Origin: Gammaproteobacteria bacterium
GTDB taxonomy: Bacteria; Pseudomonadota; Gammaproteobacteria; SZUA-140
Direction of reading: 5' to 3'
Assembly: GCA_034002745.1 (NCBI GenBank)
Contig: JAVEZY010000001.1
Span: 15,428 to 79,427 of the forward strand
DNA length: 64,000 nt
Shown piece by piece: positions 48,184 to 57,670 of this stretch. A program made the position numbers and the translations under genes. The first letter of the stretch is position 1. Each line of letters opens with the position of its first letter. The notes under the pieces are model-generated. The model was not told the DNA's origin, ran no database searches, and saw only the letters and a list, made by a program, of their open reading frames with translations.

Positions 48184-48457
48184 ATGGGCATCTTCGATTA
48201 CTACACTATTGCCGACAGGGACCATGCCTGGCAGAACCCGACCAGTGCCGCGAAACTGGATCTGCTCATCGATTACTGCGGGTTCAGCAATGGCGATCGG
48301 GTGCTGGATGTGGGATGCGGCAAAGGGTGGCTGCTGCAACGCATCGCCGAGCGGCGCTGTCAGCGCGGACGGCATCGATTTGTCCACAGGCTGGGCTCGG
48401 CGATGTTCGTCGGCAAAGACCGCTCACGTTGAAGGATTCGATGGCGGCATGCGGTGA
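48184..48457 (+). pseudogene. Remnant of a class I SAM-dependent methyltransferase (frameshifted and C-terminally truncated)
   Basis: VLDVGCGKGWLLQRIAER is a motif I. The continuation (GAVSADGIDLSTGW...) is only found in the +1 frame. The ORF then terminates after about 95 aa, against the convergent oxygenase gene. Confidence 0.4.
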
Positions 48458-48480
48458 GGGGAGCCTTGTGCCGAATTTCC

Positions 48481-49251
48481 TCAGCGGAATGGTTGCCCAA
48501 GTGCCCACAGCACCATCGAATAGCGTGTGCCCGAGATTACCGGGGTGACCTCATGGTAGATGTAGGAAGGAAAGACCACGGCTGAGCCCTGGGGACGGAT
48601 TTCCTCGCATTCGTGGAAGCGTTCGCGCGCGTGCGGTCCGAAGTCGAACTTCAGATTGCCGCCCTGATAGCTGTCGGGCGGACTGAGATTGACGGTGATG
48701 CTGAGCTTGCGCACCTTGCCCACCATCCGTGGATTGTCGACCAGGAACTTCGGTGTCCGTCCCTCGGATAATACCGTGGCCGGTTCCCGGAGGCGAAATG
48801 CCGAGTGGTGGCAGGTATGACCGTCGATGTGCCAGCCGTAAAAGTTGCCGGGATGATAAACGGTGAACTGTACCGGCTCGGCATAATCGAATTCGTAGTG
48901 CCATCCGGCTCTGGCGTTGGCGTCGACGACCAGCGGATAGATCAGCTGGTAGATCCAGTCCTCATTGAGAAAACAGAGTTCGCAGTCCCTGATGTAGGTC
49001 TGAGCCTTGACCTTTTCCCGGGTCGCGGTATCGGATCCACCGCCCGTCAGATCATCCAGCGTACGGTCGGCGGCGGCCTGGGCTCCGGCCCGCGCCGCTC
49101 CGCGGTGGGATGCGCCGAAAGTCGTTCCGGTCGTCGCCATGCCTCGAGTTCGCTGAGCGGCAATCGTGTCCAATCCAAGGTCCAGGATTCTCCGGCAATT
49201 TCCTGCCGAGACCGCGCTCTTGTACCACCAGTAGGGAACCATCGGATGCAT
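48481..49251 (-). CDS. 2OG-Fe(II) oxygenase superfamily protein (prolyl-4-hydroxylase-like)
   Basis: WHIDGHTC (HxD), KLSITVNLS, FPSYIYHEVTPV (distal His) and RYSMVLW (Arg for 2-oxoglutarate) match the double-stranded beta-helix dioxygenase signature. The start codon is uncertain (49251, 49242 or 49299). Confidence 0.65.
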   Translation of the reverse strand: MHPMVPYWWYKSAVSAGNCRRILDLGLDTIAAQRTRGMATTGTTFGASHRGAARAGAQAAADRTLDDLTGGGSDTATREKVKAQTYIRDCELCFLNEDWIYQLIYPLVVDANARAGWHYEFDYAEPVQFTVYHPGNFYGWHIDGHTCHHSAFRLREPATVLSEGRTPKFLVDNPRMVGKVRKLSITVNLSPPDSYQGGNLKFDFGPHARERFHECEEIRPQGSAVVFPSYIYHEVTPVISGTRYSMVLWALGQPFR

Positions 49252-49408
49252 CACGGGCCTCCGCCGCGGACCGCGGCATGGGATCAGCGCGAAAAACACT
49301 ACCCCGTAAAGATGACTACGTAAGGAATACTACGCCCATTTTTTCCCGATACAAATAGGGGACAAGATGGCAAAGCCATTGCCGGCGGAGCCTGCTCATC
49401 CGGCTGCC

Positions 49409-50944
49409 TCAGGCCATGCGGTCGAGGGTGCGATAGCCGATCGCTTCGGCGATGTGGGCGGGAGAGATGTCATCCGCCTCGTCCAGATCGGCGATGGTGC
49501 GAGCGACCTTGATGACCCGGTGCACCGCGCGGGCGGATAAGCCGAAGTGTCGGGCGGTGCGCTCGAGCAGAGAAGCGGCGTCGGAGGGCATCGGGCAGCT
49601 TGCGTGGAGTTCGCCGGGGGTCAGCGCGTGGGCGGACTTGCCGTCGCGTTCGAGTTGGCGCGCCCGTGCCTCGGTGATGCGCTGGCGCATGACGGCGCTG
49701 GATTCACCGGGCGGCGCCGCCGTGCCGTGCAGCAGGGCATAGGGAACGGGCGGCACTTCGATGTGCAGGTCGATACGATCGAGCAACGGACCGGACAGTC
49801 GCGAGCGGTAGTGCTCGACGCGCTCGGCACTGCAGCGGCAGCGACCGTCCTTCTGTCCGAGATAGCCGCAGGGACACGGATTCATCGCCGCCAGCAGCTG
49901 GAAGCGGGCTGGATAGTCGACATGGAGCCGCGCCCGCGAAATGGTGATCATGCCGGACTCGAGCGGCTGACGCAGCACCTCGAGTGCGCGCCGATCGAAC
50001 TCCGGCAGTTCGTCGAGAAACAGGACGCCGTTGTGAGCCAGCGATATTTCGCCAGGACAGGGAATGCTGCCTCCGCCGGCGAGTGCCGCCGGAGTCGCCG
50101 AATGATGCGGAGAGCGGAAGGGGCGCCGCCGCCAGTCGCAGGACCGGAAGCCGCCCGGTCCGAGCGAGGCGAGCGCTGCGGCCTCGACCGCTTCCTGTTC
50201 GGTCATCGGCGGCAGAATGCCGGGAAACCGCGCGGCAAGACTGCTCTTGCCGGTGCCGGGTGGTCCGATCATCAGCACGCCATGGCCGCCGGCGGCAGCG
50301 ACTTCAAGCGCACGTCGCACATGATGCTGCCCGCGGATGTCGGCCATGTCGGGGGCTTCGGGGGCAGGTTCGACGGGAGTCTCCGGCCGGGCCTGCGGCA
50401 GCGCATCGGTGCCCGCCAGGTGCGCGCACACCTGGAGCAGATGTTCGGCGCCCCGCACCGGCGCATCGGCGATGACGGCCGCGGCCGCCGCGCCGGACGA
50501 CGAGGTGATGAGGCAGCGATCCGCGGCGCGGGTCTGCAAGACGGCGGGCAGTACGCCCGGCACCGGACGCAGCGCGCCGGTCAGCGCCAGTTCGCCGATG
50601 AATTCGTGCCCATCGAGGGTGCCTGGATCGAGCTGGCGCGAGGCGCCGAGGATGCCGAGCGCGATGGCGAGATCGTAGCGGCCGCCCTCCTTGGGAAGAT
50701 CCGCGGGAGCGAGGTTGACGGTGATGCGTCGGGCGGGAAAGTCGAAGCCGCTGTTGATCAGCGCGGCGCGCACACGTTCACGGCTTTCCTTGACTGCGGT
50801 TTCCGGCAGACCGACGATGGCCAGACCGGGCAGTCCGTTTGAGAGATGCACTTCCACCGTGACCAGCGGCGCATTCATGCCCGCCTGGGCGCGGCTATAT
50901 ACGATAGCGAGCGACACGGCATTCTTCCCTGAATGATCCGCCAC
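49409..50944 (-). CDS. comM: YifB/ComM family Mg-chelatase-like AAA+ ATPase
   Basis: SLAIVYSRAQAGMNAPLVTVEVHLSNGLPGLAIVGLPETAVKESRERVR is the characteristic ComM N-terminus. An AAA+ core (MIGPPGTGKS) and a C-terminal Mg-chelatase subunit ChlI-like domain follow. Confidence 0.9.
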   Translation of the reverse strand: MADHSGKNAVSLAIVYSRAQAGMNAPLVTVEVHLSNGLPGLAIVGLPETAVKESRERVRAALINSGFDFPARRITVNLAPADLPKEGGRYDLAIALGILGASRQLDPGTLDGHEFIGELALTGALRPVPGVLPAVLQTRAADRCLITSSSGAAAAAVIADAPVRGAEHLLQVCAHLAGTDALPQARPETPVEPAPEAPDMADIRGQHHVRRALEVAAAGGHGVLMIGPPGTGKSSLAARFPGILPPMTEQEAVEAAALASLGPGGFRSCDWRRRPFRSPHHSATPAALAGGGSIPCPGEISLAHNGVLFLDELPEFDRRALEVLRQPLESGMITISRARLHVDYPARFQLLAAMNPCPCGYLGQKDGRCRCSAERVEHYRSRLSGPLLDRIDLHIEVPPVPYALLHGTAAPPGESSAVMRQRITEARARQLERDGKSAHALTPGELHASCPMPSDAASLLERTARHFGLSARAVHRVIKVARTIADLDEADDISPAHIAEAIGYRTLDRMA

Positions 50945-50987
50945 CCTCGGACGGCGCTCGCCGTCCGCCCTGCCGTGCGCCGCTGGT

Positions 50988-51260
50988 TCAGGCGGTGCCG
51001 GTTTCGTCCTGCGCCGAGCGCACCACGGCTTCTAGTTCCGCAACGCGCAGCTCGAGTGCCGTCAGCTTTTCCCGCGTGCGCGCGAGCACGCTCTTCTGCA
51101 CTTCCAGCTCTTCGCGCGTGACGAGATCGAGCCGGGAGAAGGCGCCGGTCAGAACGGCGCGCACGTTCTTCTCCACGTCTTCGCCAAGTTCGCGGGCGCC
51201 TTCGGGGATGAGTCCCGCCAGCTTCCTGCTGAGATCCTCGATTACTTTTGCATCGACCAT
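50988..51260 (-). CDS. ubiK: Ubiquinone biosynthesis accessory factor UbiK (YqiC/BMFP family)
   Basis: About 90 aa from the Met at 51260. Coiled-coil MVDAKVIEDLSRKLAGLIP...LVTREELEVQKSVLARTREKLTALELRVAELE, typical of UbiK. Conserved position upstream of comM. Confidence 0.75.
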   Translation of the reverse strand: MVDAKVIEDLSRKLAGLIPEGARELGEDVEKNVRAVLTGAFSRLDLVTREELEVQKSVLARTREKLTALELRVAELEAVVRSAQDETGTA

Positions 51261-51291
51261 GGGCGAACTCCTCTCGCTGCGTGTGCGCTTC

Positions 51292-51308
51292 TGCACCGTG
51301 TTCGTGCA
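51292..51308 (+). promoter_or_regulatory. Putative NtrC-binding site (TGCACC-N5-GTGCA) upstream of glnK
   Basis: Dyad TGCACCgtgttcGTGCA lies about 120 nt upstream of the sigma54-type promoter. It matches the NtrC enhancer consensus (TGCACC-N5-GGTGCA). Confidence 0.4.
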
Positions 51309-51408
51309 AGAACGGTGCGTGTCGGTTCGGATGCAGTCTTCAATGGTGCGTGCAGCAGTGCAGGGATTCCGTTCTCGACAAAAAAATCAAATGGAATCCG
51401 TTGCTTGA

Positions 51409-51840
<432 letters not shown>

Positions 51841-51868
51841 TTAATTCAATACGGTCCGGGAGGCCAAC

Positions 51869-53137
51869 GTGGAAGCACTGAACGCAGCAAGAGAACTGGG
51901 CTACGCGCTCGATACATTCTATTTCCTGATTTCTGGCGCCTTCGTGATGTGGATGGCCGCGGGTTTCGCCATGCTGGAGACGGGGCTGGTCAGGTCGAAG
52001 AATACGGTCGACATCCTCACCAAGAACATCGGGCTGTTTGGCATCGCCTGCCTGATGTACATGTTCGTCGGCTACAACATCATGTATGGCGATGGACTCA
52101 GCTCGGTGGTGCCAGGACTCGGCTTCTTCCTCGGGACCGAAGACAATGCCGTGGAAGCGGTGACTGCAGGGGGCGAAGATGCGCCGTATTACTCGAATCT
52201 CGCCGACTTTTTCTTCCAGGTGGTATTCGTGGCGACAGCCATGTCGATCGTTTCCGGCGCCGTTGCCGAGCGCATGAAGCTTTGGGCGTTCTTTCTGTTC
52301 GCCATGGTGATGACTTCGCTCATCTATCCGATCCAGGGTTTCTGGAGTTGGGGCGGCGGCTTCCTGAGCGAACTCGGGTACTCCGATTATGCGGGATCCG
52401 GCATCGTGCATCTGGCTGGTGCGACGGCAGCGCTCGCCGGGGTGCTGTTGCTCGGTCCTCGCAAGGGAAAGTACGGACCCAACGGGCAGATCAACCCGAT
52501 CCCGGGAGCCAACCTGCCCCTGGCCACGCTCGGCACCTTCATCCTGTGGATGGGATGGTTCGGATTCAATGGCGGCTCCGAGCTGAAGGTCTCCGACGTT
52601 TCTTCCGCGAACAACGTCGCTCTGGTGTTCGTCAATACAAATCTGGCGGCCGCCGCGGGTGTCGTCGCAGCGATGATCGCGTCGCGTCTGCGCTTCGGCA
52701 AGTCTGATCTGACCATGGTGCTCAACGGTGCGCTGGCGGGCCTGGTGGCGATCACGGCCGATCCGCTGTCGCCGTCTCCGCTGCTCGCCGCCATGATCGG
52801 TGGAATCGGAGGAGTGCTGGTGGTTTTCTCCATCGTGTTTCTGGACAAGCTGCGCATCGACGATCCGGTCGGCGCGATCTCCGTCCACGGTACTGTGGGC
52901 ATCTGGGGCGTCCTCGCGGTGCTGCTCTCGAACGGGGAGGCCAGCCTGCTGGCTCAGGTTGCGGGCATCCTGATCATCTTTACCTGGGTGTTTCTCGCCA
53001 GCCTTCTGGTGTGGGGCATCATCCGGCTGATGTCCGGGCTGCGGGTTTCCGAGGAGCAGGAATACTCCGGTCTCGATCTCGCGGAATGCGGACTGGAAGC
53101 CTACCCGGAATTCATCGCCGCAAACGCGAAGAAGTGA
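51869..53137 (+). CDS. amtB: Ammonium transporter AmtB
   Basis: 422 aa with 11 TM helices and the conserved Amt motifs (DYAGSGIVHLAGATAAL, FGFNGG). Confidence 0.9.
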   Translation: MEALNAARELGYALDTFYFLISGAFVMWMAAGFAMLETGLVRSKNTVDILTKNIGLFGIACLMYMFVGYNIMYGDGLSSVVPGLGFFLGTEDNAVEAVTAGGEDAPYYSNLADFFFQVVFVATAMSIVSGAVAERMKLWAFFLFAMVMTSLIYPIQGFWSWGGGFLSELGYSDYAGSGIVHLAGATAALAGVLLLGPRKGKYGPNGQINPIPGANLPLATLGTFILWMGWFGFNGGSELKVSDVSSANNVALVFVNTNLAAAAGVVAAMIASRLRFGKSDLTMVLNGALAGLVAITADPLSPSPLLAAMIGGIGGVLVVFSIVFLDKLRIDDPVGAISVHGTVGIWGVLAVLLSNGEASLLAQVAGILIIFTWVFLASLLVWGIIRLMSGLRVSEEQEYSGLDLAECGLEAYPEFIAANAKK

Positions 53138-53153
53138 GGTCCAGGAAGGACCG

Positions 53154-53185
53154 GACCCTGCCGTTCAGGCAGGGTCTTTTTTTTT
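53154..53185 (+). terminator. Rho-independent terminator after amtB
   Basis: GACCCTGCC-gttcag-GCAGGGTC followed by T9. Confidence 0.8.
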
Positions 53186-53269
53186 GGGCAAAGATGAGGG
53201 ATGACAGATGACAGGAAAGCCTTGCGGACCCCATGGCCGCAGGCCCAACTTTTCACTTTTCTGTTTGCG

Positions 53270-53509
53270 CTACAGAGACGCGTGCGCGCCATCGCAGAAG
53301 GGCTTGTCCGAGGTGTGCTTGCAGCCGCACAGGATGACGGTCTGCGGCCGATCGAGCGTGAATTCGTGCGGTGTAATGTCGGTTCCCTTGTGGGAGCCGT
53401 CGCAGAATGGCTGGTTTGCCGAGCGGCCGCAGGCGCACCAGTAGTAGGTGCCGGGTGTGAGATTGACGATGTAGGGCAGTTTCTGTGCAACGAGCGGTGT
53501 GTCGGCCAT
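53270..53509 (-). CDS. CDGSH iron-sulfur domain protein (two CDGSH motifs)
   Basis: 79 aa with two C-x-C-x2-S/A-x3-P-x-CDGSHK motifs (CACGRSANQPFCDGSHK and CGCKHTSDKPFCDGAH). Confidence 0.8.
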   Translation of the reverse strand: MADTPLVAQKLPYIVNLTPGTYYWCACGRSANQPFCDGSHKGTDITPHEFTLDRPQTVILCGCKHTSDKPFCDGAHASL

Positions 53510-53635
53510 TCCCCCTCCGTAAGGGCTCTGATGTGTGACGATTGTAGCAAAGCGGGATATGGTTCGGGCTCGTCCCTAAGGGCTGCTGCCGGGGGGCCGA
53601 TATGGAGGTGATTTTCTCCGATCGGACCTTACGAT

Positions 53636-54061
53636 ATGAAAGTTCGCCTTGGCATGTTCGTGATGCTCGCATGGCTGGCCCTGCCGTTCGCGGTCGGCGC
53701 GGCTACCGTCTACAAGTGGATGGATCCGGACGGCAATGTGCATTTCAGCGACCGACCGGGCGACCTGCCCAAGGCCGAAAAGGTCGAAGTGCCGGTGGGC
53801 AAGCCCGGCACCACGCCGCCCCGGCCACCCGCCACGAGTGCGAGCGAGGAAGCGGCGCCGCAGCAGCCGGATGCCGCGGCGCAACAGGAGATCAGGAAAA
53901 AGAACTGCGAGATCGCGCGCAAGACGCTCGAGCACAATGAGAACATAGGTCGCATGTACCGGCTCGATGAAAGCGGTGAGCGCGTGTTCCTCACCGACGA
54001 GGAGCGAGCCGCGGTCCTGCAGCGCTCGCGCGATGATGTCGCCAAGTGGTGCGATGATTGA
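53636..54061 (+). CDS. DUF4124 domain protein (secreted)
   Basis: Signal peptide followed by TVYKWMDPDGNVHFSDRP, the DUF4124 hallmark. Pro-rich linker and a C-terminal helical region. Confidence 0.7.
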   Translation: MKVRLGMFVMLAWLALPFAVGAATVYKWMDPDGNVHFSDRPGDLPKAEKVEVPVGKPGTTPPRPPATSASEEAAPQQPDAAAQQEIRKKNCEIARKTLEHNENIGRMYRLDESGERVFLTDEERAAVLQRSRDDVAKWCDD

Positions 54062-54171
54062 GCGCGGGCGGGTAGTGCCGGTCTGAGGAATGGCCCCAGT
54101 GGGTATCAGGATACCCGCTGGGGCTTCGGCCGTGCCTCTTGCCTGGCTGCCAGAGCGTCATCCAAAGGCTG

Positions 54172-55035
54172 TTAACCCTTGTCGAGGATCTTCGTGCGGA
54201 AGAACTCGGGCTGGGCCATCGCGGCCTGATGGATCGCCAGGTTATAGAACGTGGTGGGAAAGCTCCTGTCCGCCACTTCCGTATCCCGGATGTTGGTGAG
54301 CGGATTTTCCTTGCCCGCCAGCGTCGCGCTCCACCAGCCCGAGGGGTAGACGCACTGAGGGAAATTCATCGTCAGCAGACTGCCGAATCCGGCGGCGCGC
54401 ATCTCCGCACGCATCGACCGGATCAACTCGGCGTGAAGGAGCGGTGATTCGCTCTGCTGGATCAGCAGGCCGCCGCTGCGCAGCGCACGCAGGCAGTTCT
54501 CATAGAAGGGCCGACGGAACAGGCCCTCGGCGGGACCCACCGGATCGGTGCTGTCGACGATGATCACATCGTAGGTGCCCGGTTCCGCATCTTCCACCCA
54601 CTTGATGCCATCCTTGAAATTCAGGCGCGCTCGCGGATCCGAATTCGAGGAACACAGCTCGGGAAAGAACTGTTCGGCGACGCGGGTCACCCGCTCGTCG
54701 ATTTCCACCTGTTCGGCGCGGACCACGGTGTCATGCTTCAGCACCTCGCGCAGGGTGCCGCAGTCACCGCCGCCGATGATCAGGACGTCGCGCGGGTCGG
54801 GGTGGGCGAACAGCGCCGGATGGGACATCATCTCGTGATACAGGAAGTTGTCGCGCTGGCTCAGCATGACGCAACCGTCGATGACCATCAGATTGCCGAA
54901 GGTCTCGGTCTCATAGACCTCGATGCGCTGGTAGGGGGTCTGCTCTTCGTGCAGCTTGCGCCGTATCGCCAGCGAAAAGGCGATGCCATCCCTGGTTACG
55001 ATTTCCGTCCACCACTTGTCGCTCGGCAGTGTCAT
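54172..55035 (-). CDS. speE: Spermidine synthase (polyamine aminopropyltransferase)
   Basis: WWTE..., YQRIEVYETETFGNLMVIDG, LYHEMMSHPAL and VLIIGGGDGG-like (IIGGGDCGTLREV) motifs. It is divergent from speA. Confidence 0.85.
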   Translation of the reverse strand: MTLPSDKWWTEIVTRDGIAFSLAIRRKLHEEQTPYQRIEVYETETFGNLMVIDGCVMLSQRDNFLYHEMMSHPALFAHPDPRDVLIIGGGDCGTLREVLKHDTVVRAEQVEIDERVTRVAEQFFPELCSSNSDPRARLNFKDGIKWVEDAEPGTYDVIIVDSTDPVGPAEGLFRRPFYENCLRALRSGGLLIQQSESPLLHAELIRSMRAEMRAAGFGSLLTMNFPQCVYPSGWWSATLAGKENPLTNIRDTEVADRSFPTTFYNLAIHQAAMAQPEFFRTKILDKG

Positions 55036-55138
55036 TGAACTTCCCGGTTTCAAATTGAACTGTGGGCCCATATTATAGGCGTGGTTCGGCGCCCTGAACA
55101 GGCGAGCGCCGGTGCTTGGGAGGTCAGGAGAGCGCTGC

Positions 55139-57031
55139 ATGGCAGGTGAGGAATGGGGTCCGGAGAATGCCCGGATCGCCTACAACATGGCGTACTGGAG
55201 CAATGGGTATTTCGACATAGATGACAAAGGTCATCTGATCGCCTGCCCCAAGGCCGATCCCTCGGGTGGCGCCATCGATCTGCGGGAGCTCACCAGTCGC
55301 ATCCGGGCCCATGGTCTGTCGACACCGGTGCTGGTGCGGTTCATCGATGTGCTCCATCACCGCATTGACGTGATGTGCGACTCCTTCGCCGCGGCGATGG
55401 AAAAGGTCTCCTACAGCGGCAGCTATACGCCGGTCTATCCGATCAAGGTAAACCAGCAGCGCAGCGTGGTCGGCGAGATCCTTGCCCACGGCGGGGACCG
55501 CGTCGGCCTGGAGGCCGGCAGCAAACCCGAGCTGATGGCCGTGCTCGGCGTGGCGGATACCAACAACCGCGTGATCGTCTGCAACGGTTACAAGGATCGC
55601 GAGTACATCCGCATCGCGCTCATCGGCCGCCTGCTCGGTAATCGCGTATTCATCGTGGTCGAAAAGCTTTCGGAGCTCGATCTGGTGATCGAGGAATCAC
55701 GTGCGCTCGGCATCTCGCCGCTGCTGGGCGTTCGGGTGCGTCTTGCCTCGATCGGCAAGGGCAAGTGGCAGAACACGGGCGGCGAGAAGGCCAAGTTCGG
55801 ACTTTCGGCTCCCGATATCCTGCGCACTATCGAAAAGCTGCGCGAAGCGGACATGCTCGACAGCCTGCGCATGCTCCATTTTCACCTGGGATCCCAGGTC
55901 GCCAATATCCTCGACATTCAGCGCGGCATGCGCGAAGCGGCACGCTACTATGCCGAGCTGCGCGCGGCCGGCGCTCCGGTCGACTGCATGGATGTCGGCG
56001 GCGGACTGGGTGTCGACTACGAAGGGACCCGCTCGCGCAGCGCCTGTTCCATGAACTACAGCGTTCAGGGATATGCGCAGAGCATCGTCGATACGCTGGC
56101 CGAGATCTGCGCCGAGCATGATCTGCCGCATCCGGATATCGTCACCGAGTCCGGTCGCGGCATGACCGCGCATCACGCCATCCTTATCACCAACGTCATC
56201 GACATCGAGCGCGCACCGCGCGATGTGGCGGCGCCTCCCGCGGACGACGAGCCTCAGGTCCTTCACCATCTGTACGGTTGCTGGCGCGACTGTTCCGAGC
56301 GTTCCGCAGTCGAGGTATATCACGACGCCATGCACTGGAATGCCGTGGCCCAGGACATGTATACCCATGGACTGCTGACGCTCACGCAGCGGGCAAAGGC
56401 CGAGGAGCTGTATTTCTCCACCTGTCATCGGGTGCGGCCGCTGCTGCAGGTCGCCGCGCGTTCGCATCGCGACATTCTGGACGAACTGAACGAGAAGCTG
56501 GCGGACAAGATTTTCTGCAACTTTTCGCTGTTCCAGTCCATGCCGGACGTATGGGCGATAGACCAGATCTTTCCGATCGTGCCGTTATCCGGGCTTGATC
56601 GCGAGCCGGACGCCCGCGCCGTGATCCTCGACATCACCTGTGATTCCGACGGTCGCATCGATCACTATGTGGACCGCGAAGGGGTGGAGGCGACTCTTCC
56701 GCTGCGCCTGCCGGCGCCGGGAGAGGATTACCTGATCGGCATCTTCATGATCGGTGCCTACCAGGAGATTCTCGGCGATATGCACAATCTGTTCGGCGAC
56801 ACCCATTCAGTGAATGTCGAACTGGACGGAAACGGCAGTTACCGGCTCACCCAATTGCACAGTGGTGACACCGTCGATTCGGTGCTGCGCTATGTGGGAT
56901 TCGAACCGCAACAGCTGCTCGAGCGGCTGCGCGCGGCGGTCGCCGCCGGAGACCTCGACGAGCGGCAGCGCGCGATGTGTCATGAGACGCTGACCGAGGG
57001 GATCGGCGGTTACACCTATCTGGAAGACTGA
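55139..57031 (+). CDS. speA: Biosynthetic arginine decarboxylase
   Basis: About 630 aa PLP-dependent fold III decarboxylase. YNMAYWSNGYF, YPIKVNQQ and the GGGLGVDY motif match SpeA. Confidence 0.9.
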   Translation: MAGEEWGPENARIAYNMAYWSNGYFDIDDKGHLIACPKADPSGGAIDLRELTSRIRAHGLSTPVLVRFIDVLHHRIDVMCDSFAAAMEKVSYSGSYTPVYPIKVNQQRSVVGEILAHGGDRVGLEAGSKPELMAVLGVADTNNRVIVCNGYKDREYIRIALIGRLLGNRVFIVVEKLSELDLVIEESRALGISPLLGVRVRLASIGKGKWQNTGGEKAKFGLSAPDILRTIEKLREADMLDSLRMLHFHLGSQVANILDIQRGMREAARYYAELRAAGAPVDCMDVGGGLGVDYEGTRSRSACSMNYSVQGYAQSIVDTLAEICAEHDLPHPDIVTESGRGMTAHHAILITNVIDIERAPRDVAAPPADDEPQVLHHLYGCWRDCSERSAVEVYHDAMHWNAVAQDMYTHGLLTLTQRAKAEELYFSTCHRVRPLLQVAARSHRDILDELNEKLADKIFCNFSLFQSMPDVWAIDQIFPIVPLSGLDREPDARAVILDITCDSDGRIDHYVDREGVEATLPLRLPAPGEDYLIGIFMIGAYQEILGDMHNLFGDTHSVNVELDGNGSYRLTQLHSGDTVDSVLRYVGFEPQQLLERLRAAVAAGDLDERQRAMCHETLTEGIGGYTYLED

Positions 57032-57060
57032 TCCGGACGCCGGATCGGCGGCCGGCGCGG

Positions 57061-57669
57061 TCAGGTGCCGAGCCGCAGCACCATGGCCTCGATGTCGTTG
57101 CGCTGCAGCCTCGTTCGCGCCTGAGCGAGATCGCGCACGCTGTCGTAGGGGCCAACCCGCACCCGATACCAGACGTCGCTGTCGCGGATGACCACTGTCT
57201 GGATCTGCGCCTCTATGCCCAGCAGTGCTATGCGCGCCTTGAGGTTGTCGGCTTCCTCGATGCGCCGGAAGGAGCCTACCTGCAGGATGTATGGGCCTGC
57301 GTCGGCTTTCCTCGCCGGCGTCTTGAGGGCTTCGCTGACATGGGCATCGCTGACCTCGATCTCCATTTCCGGCAGCAGCGTGTAGAACTCGAAGCGGCTC
57401 CGTTCGCTGGTAGAAGGCTGCGGGGCTTCAGGCTGCTTCTTCGCCGCAGCTGCGGGCTTCGCGGGCGGCGGCGCGGGCTGAGCCTGTGCCGCCGGCTCGA
57501 CAGGAGCGGGATCGCCGGACGACGACTGCAGCAGCCAGGCGAGATAGCCGCCAGCCGCTCCGATCAGCAGGCCGCCGGCAAGCCATATCCATCCTGGTAC
57601 CGGGCGTCGCCGCGCGGTTCGGGTGTTGCGGGTGTTCCGGCGGGCGCGCCGCCGTCTGGTTGCTGCCAT
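57061..57669 (-). CDS. SPOR-domain protein (FtsN/DedD-like)
   Basis: N-terminal Arg-rich cytoplasmic tail, a TM helix, a Pro/Ala-rich linker and a C-terminal SPOR domain (YILQVGSFRRIEEADNLKARIALLG...YRVRVGPYDSVRDLAQ). Its position after argS matches PA5052. Confidence 0.7.
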   Translation of the reverse strand: MAATRRRRARRNTRNTRTARRRPVPGWIWLAGGLLIGAAGGYLAWLLQSSSGDPAPVEPAAQAQPAPPPAKPAAAAKKQPEAPQPSTSERSRFEFYTLLPEMEIEVSDAHVSEALKTPARKADAGPYILQVGSFRRIEEADNLKARIALLGIEAQIQTVVIRDSDVWYRVRVGPYDSVRDLAQARTRLQRNDIEAMVLRLGT

Positions 57670-57670
57670 C

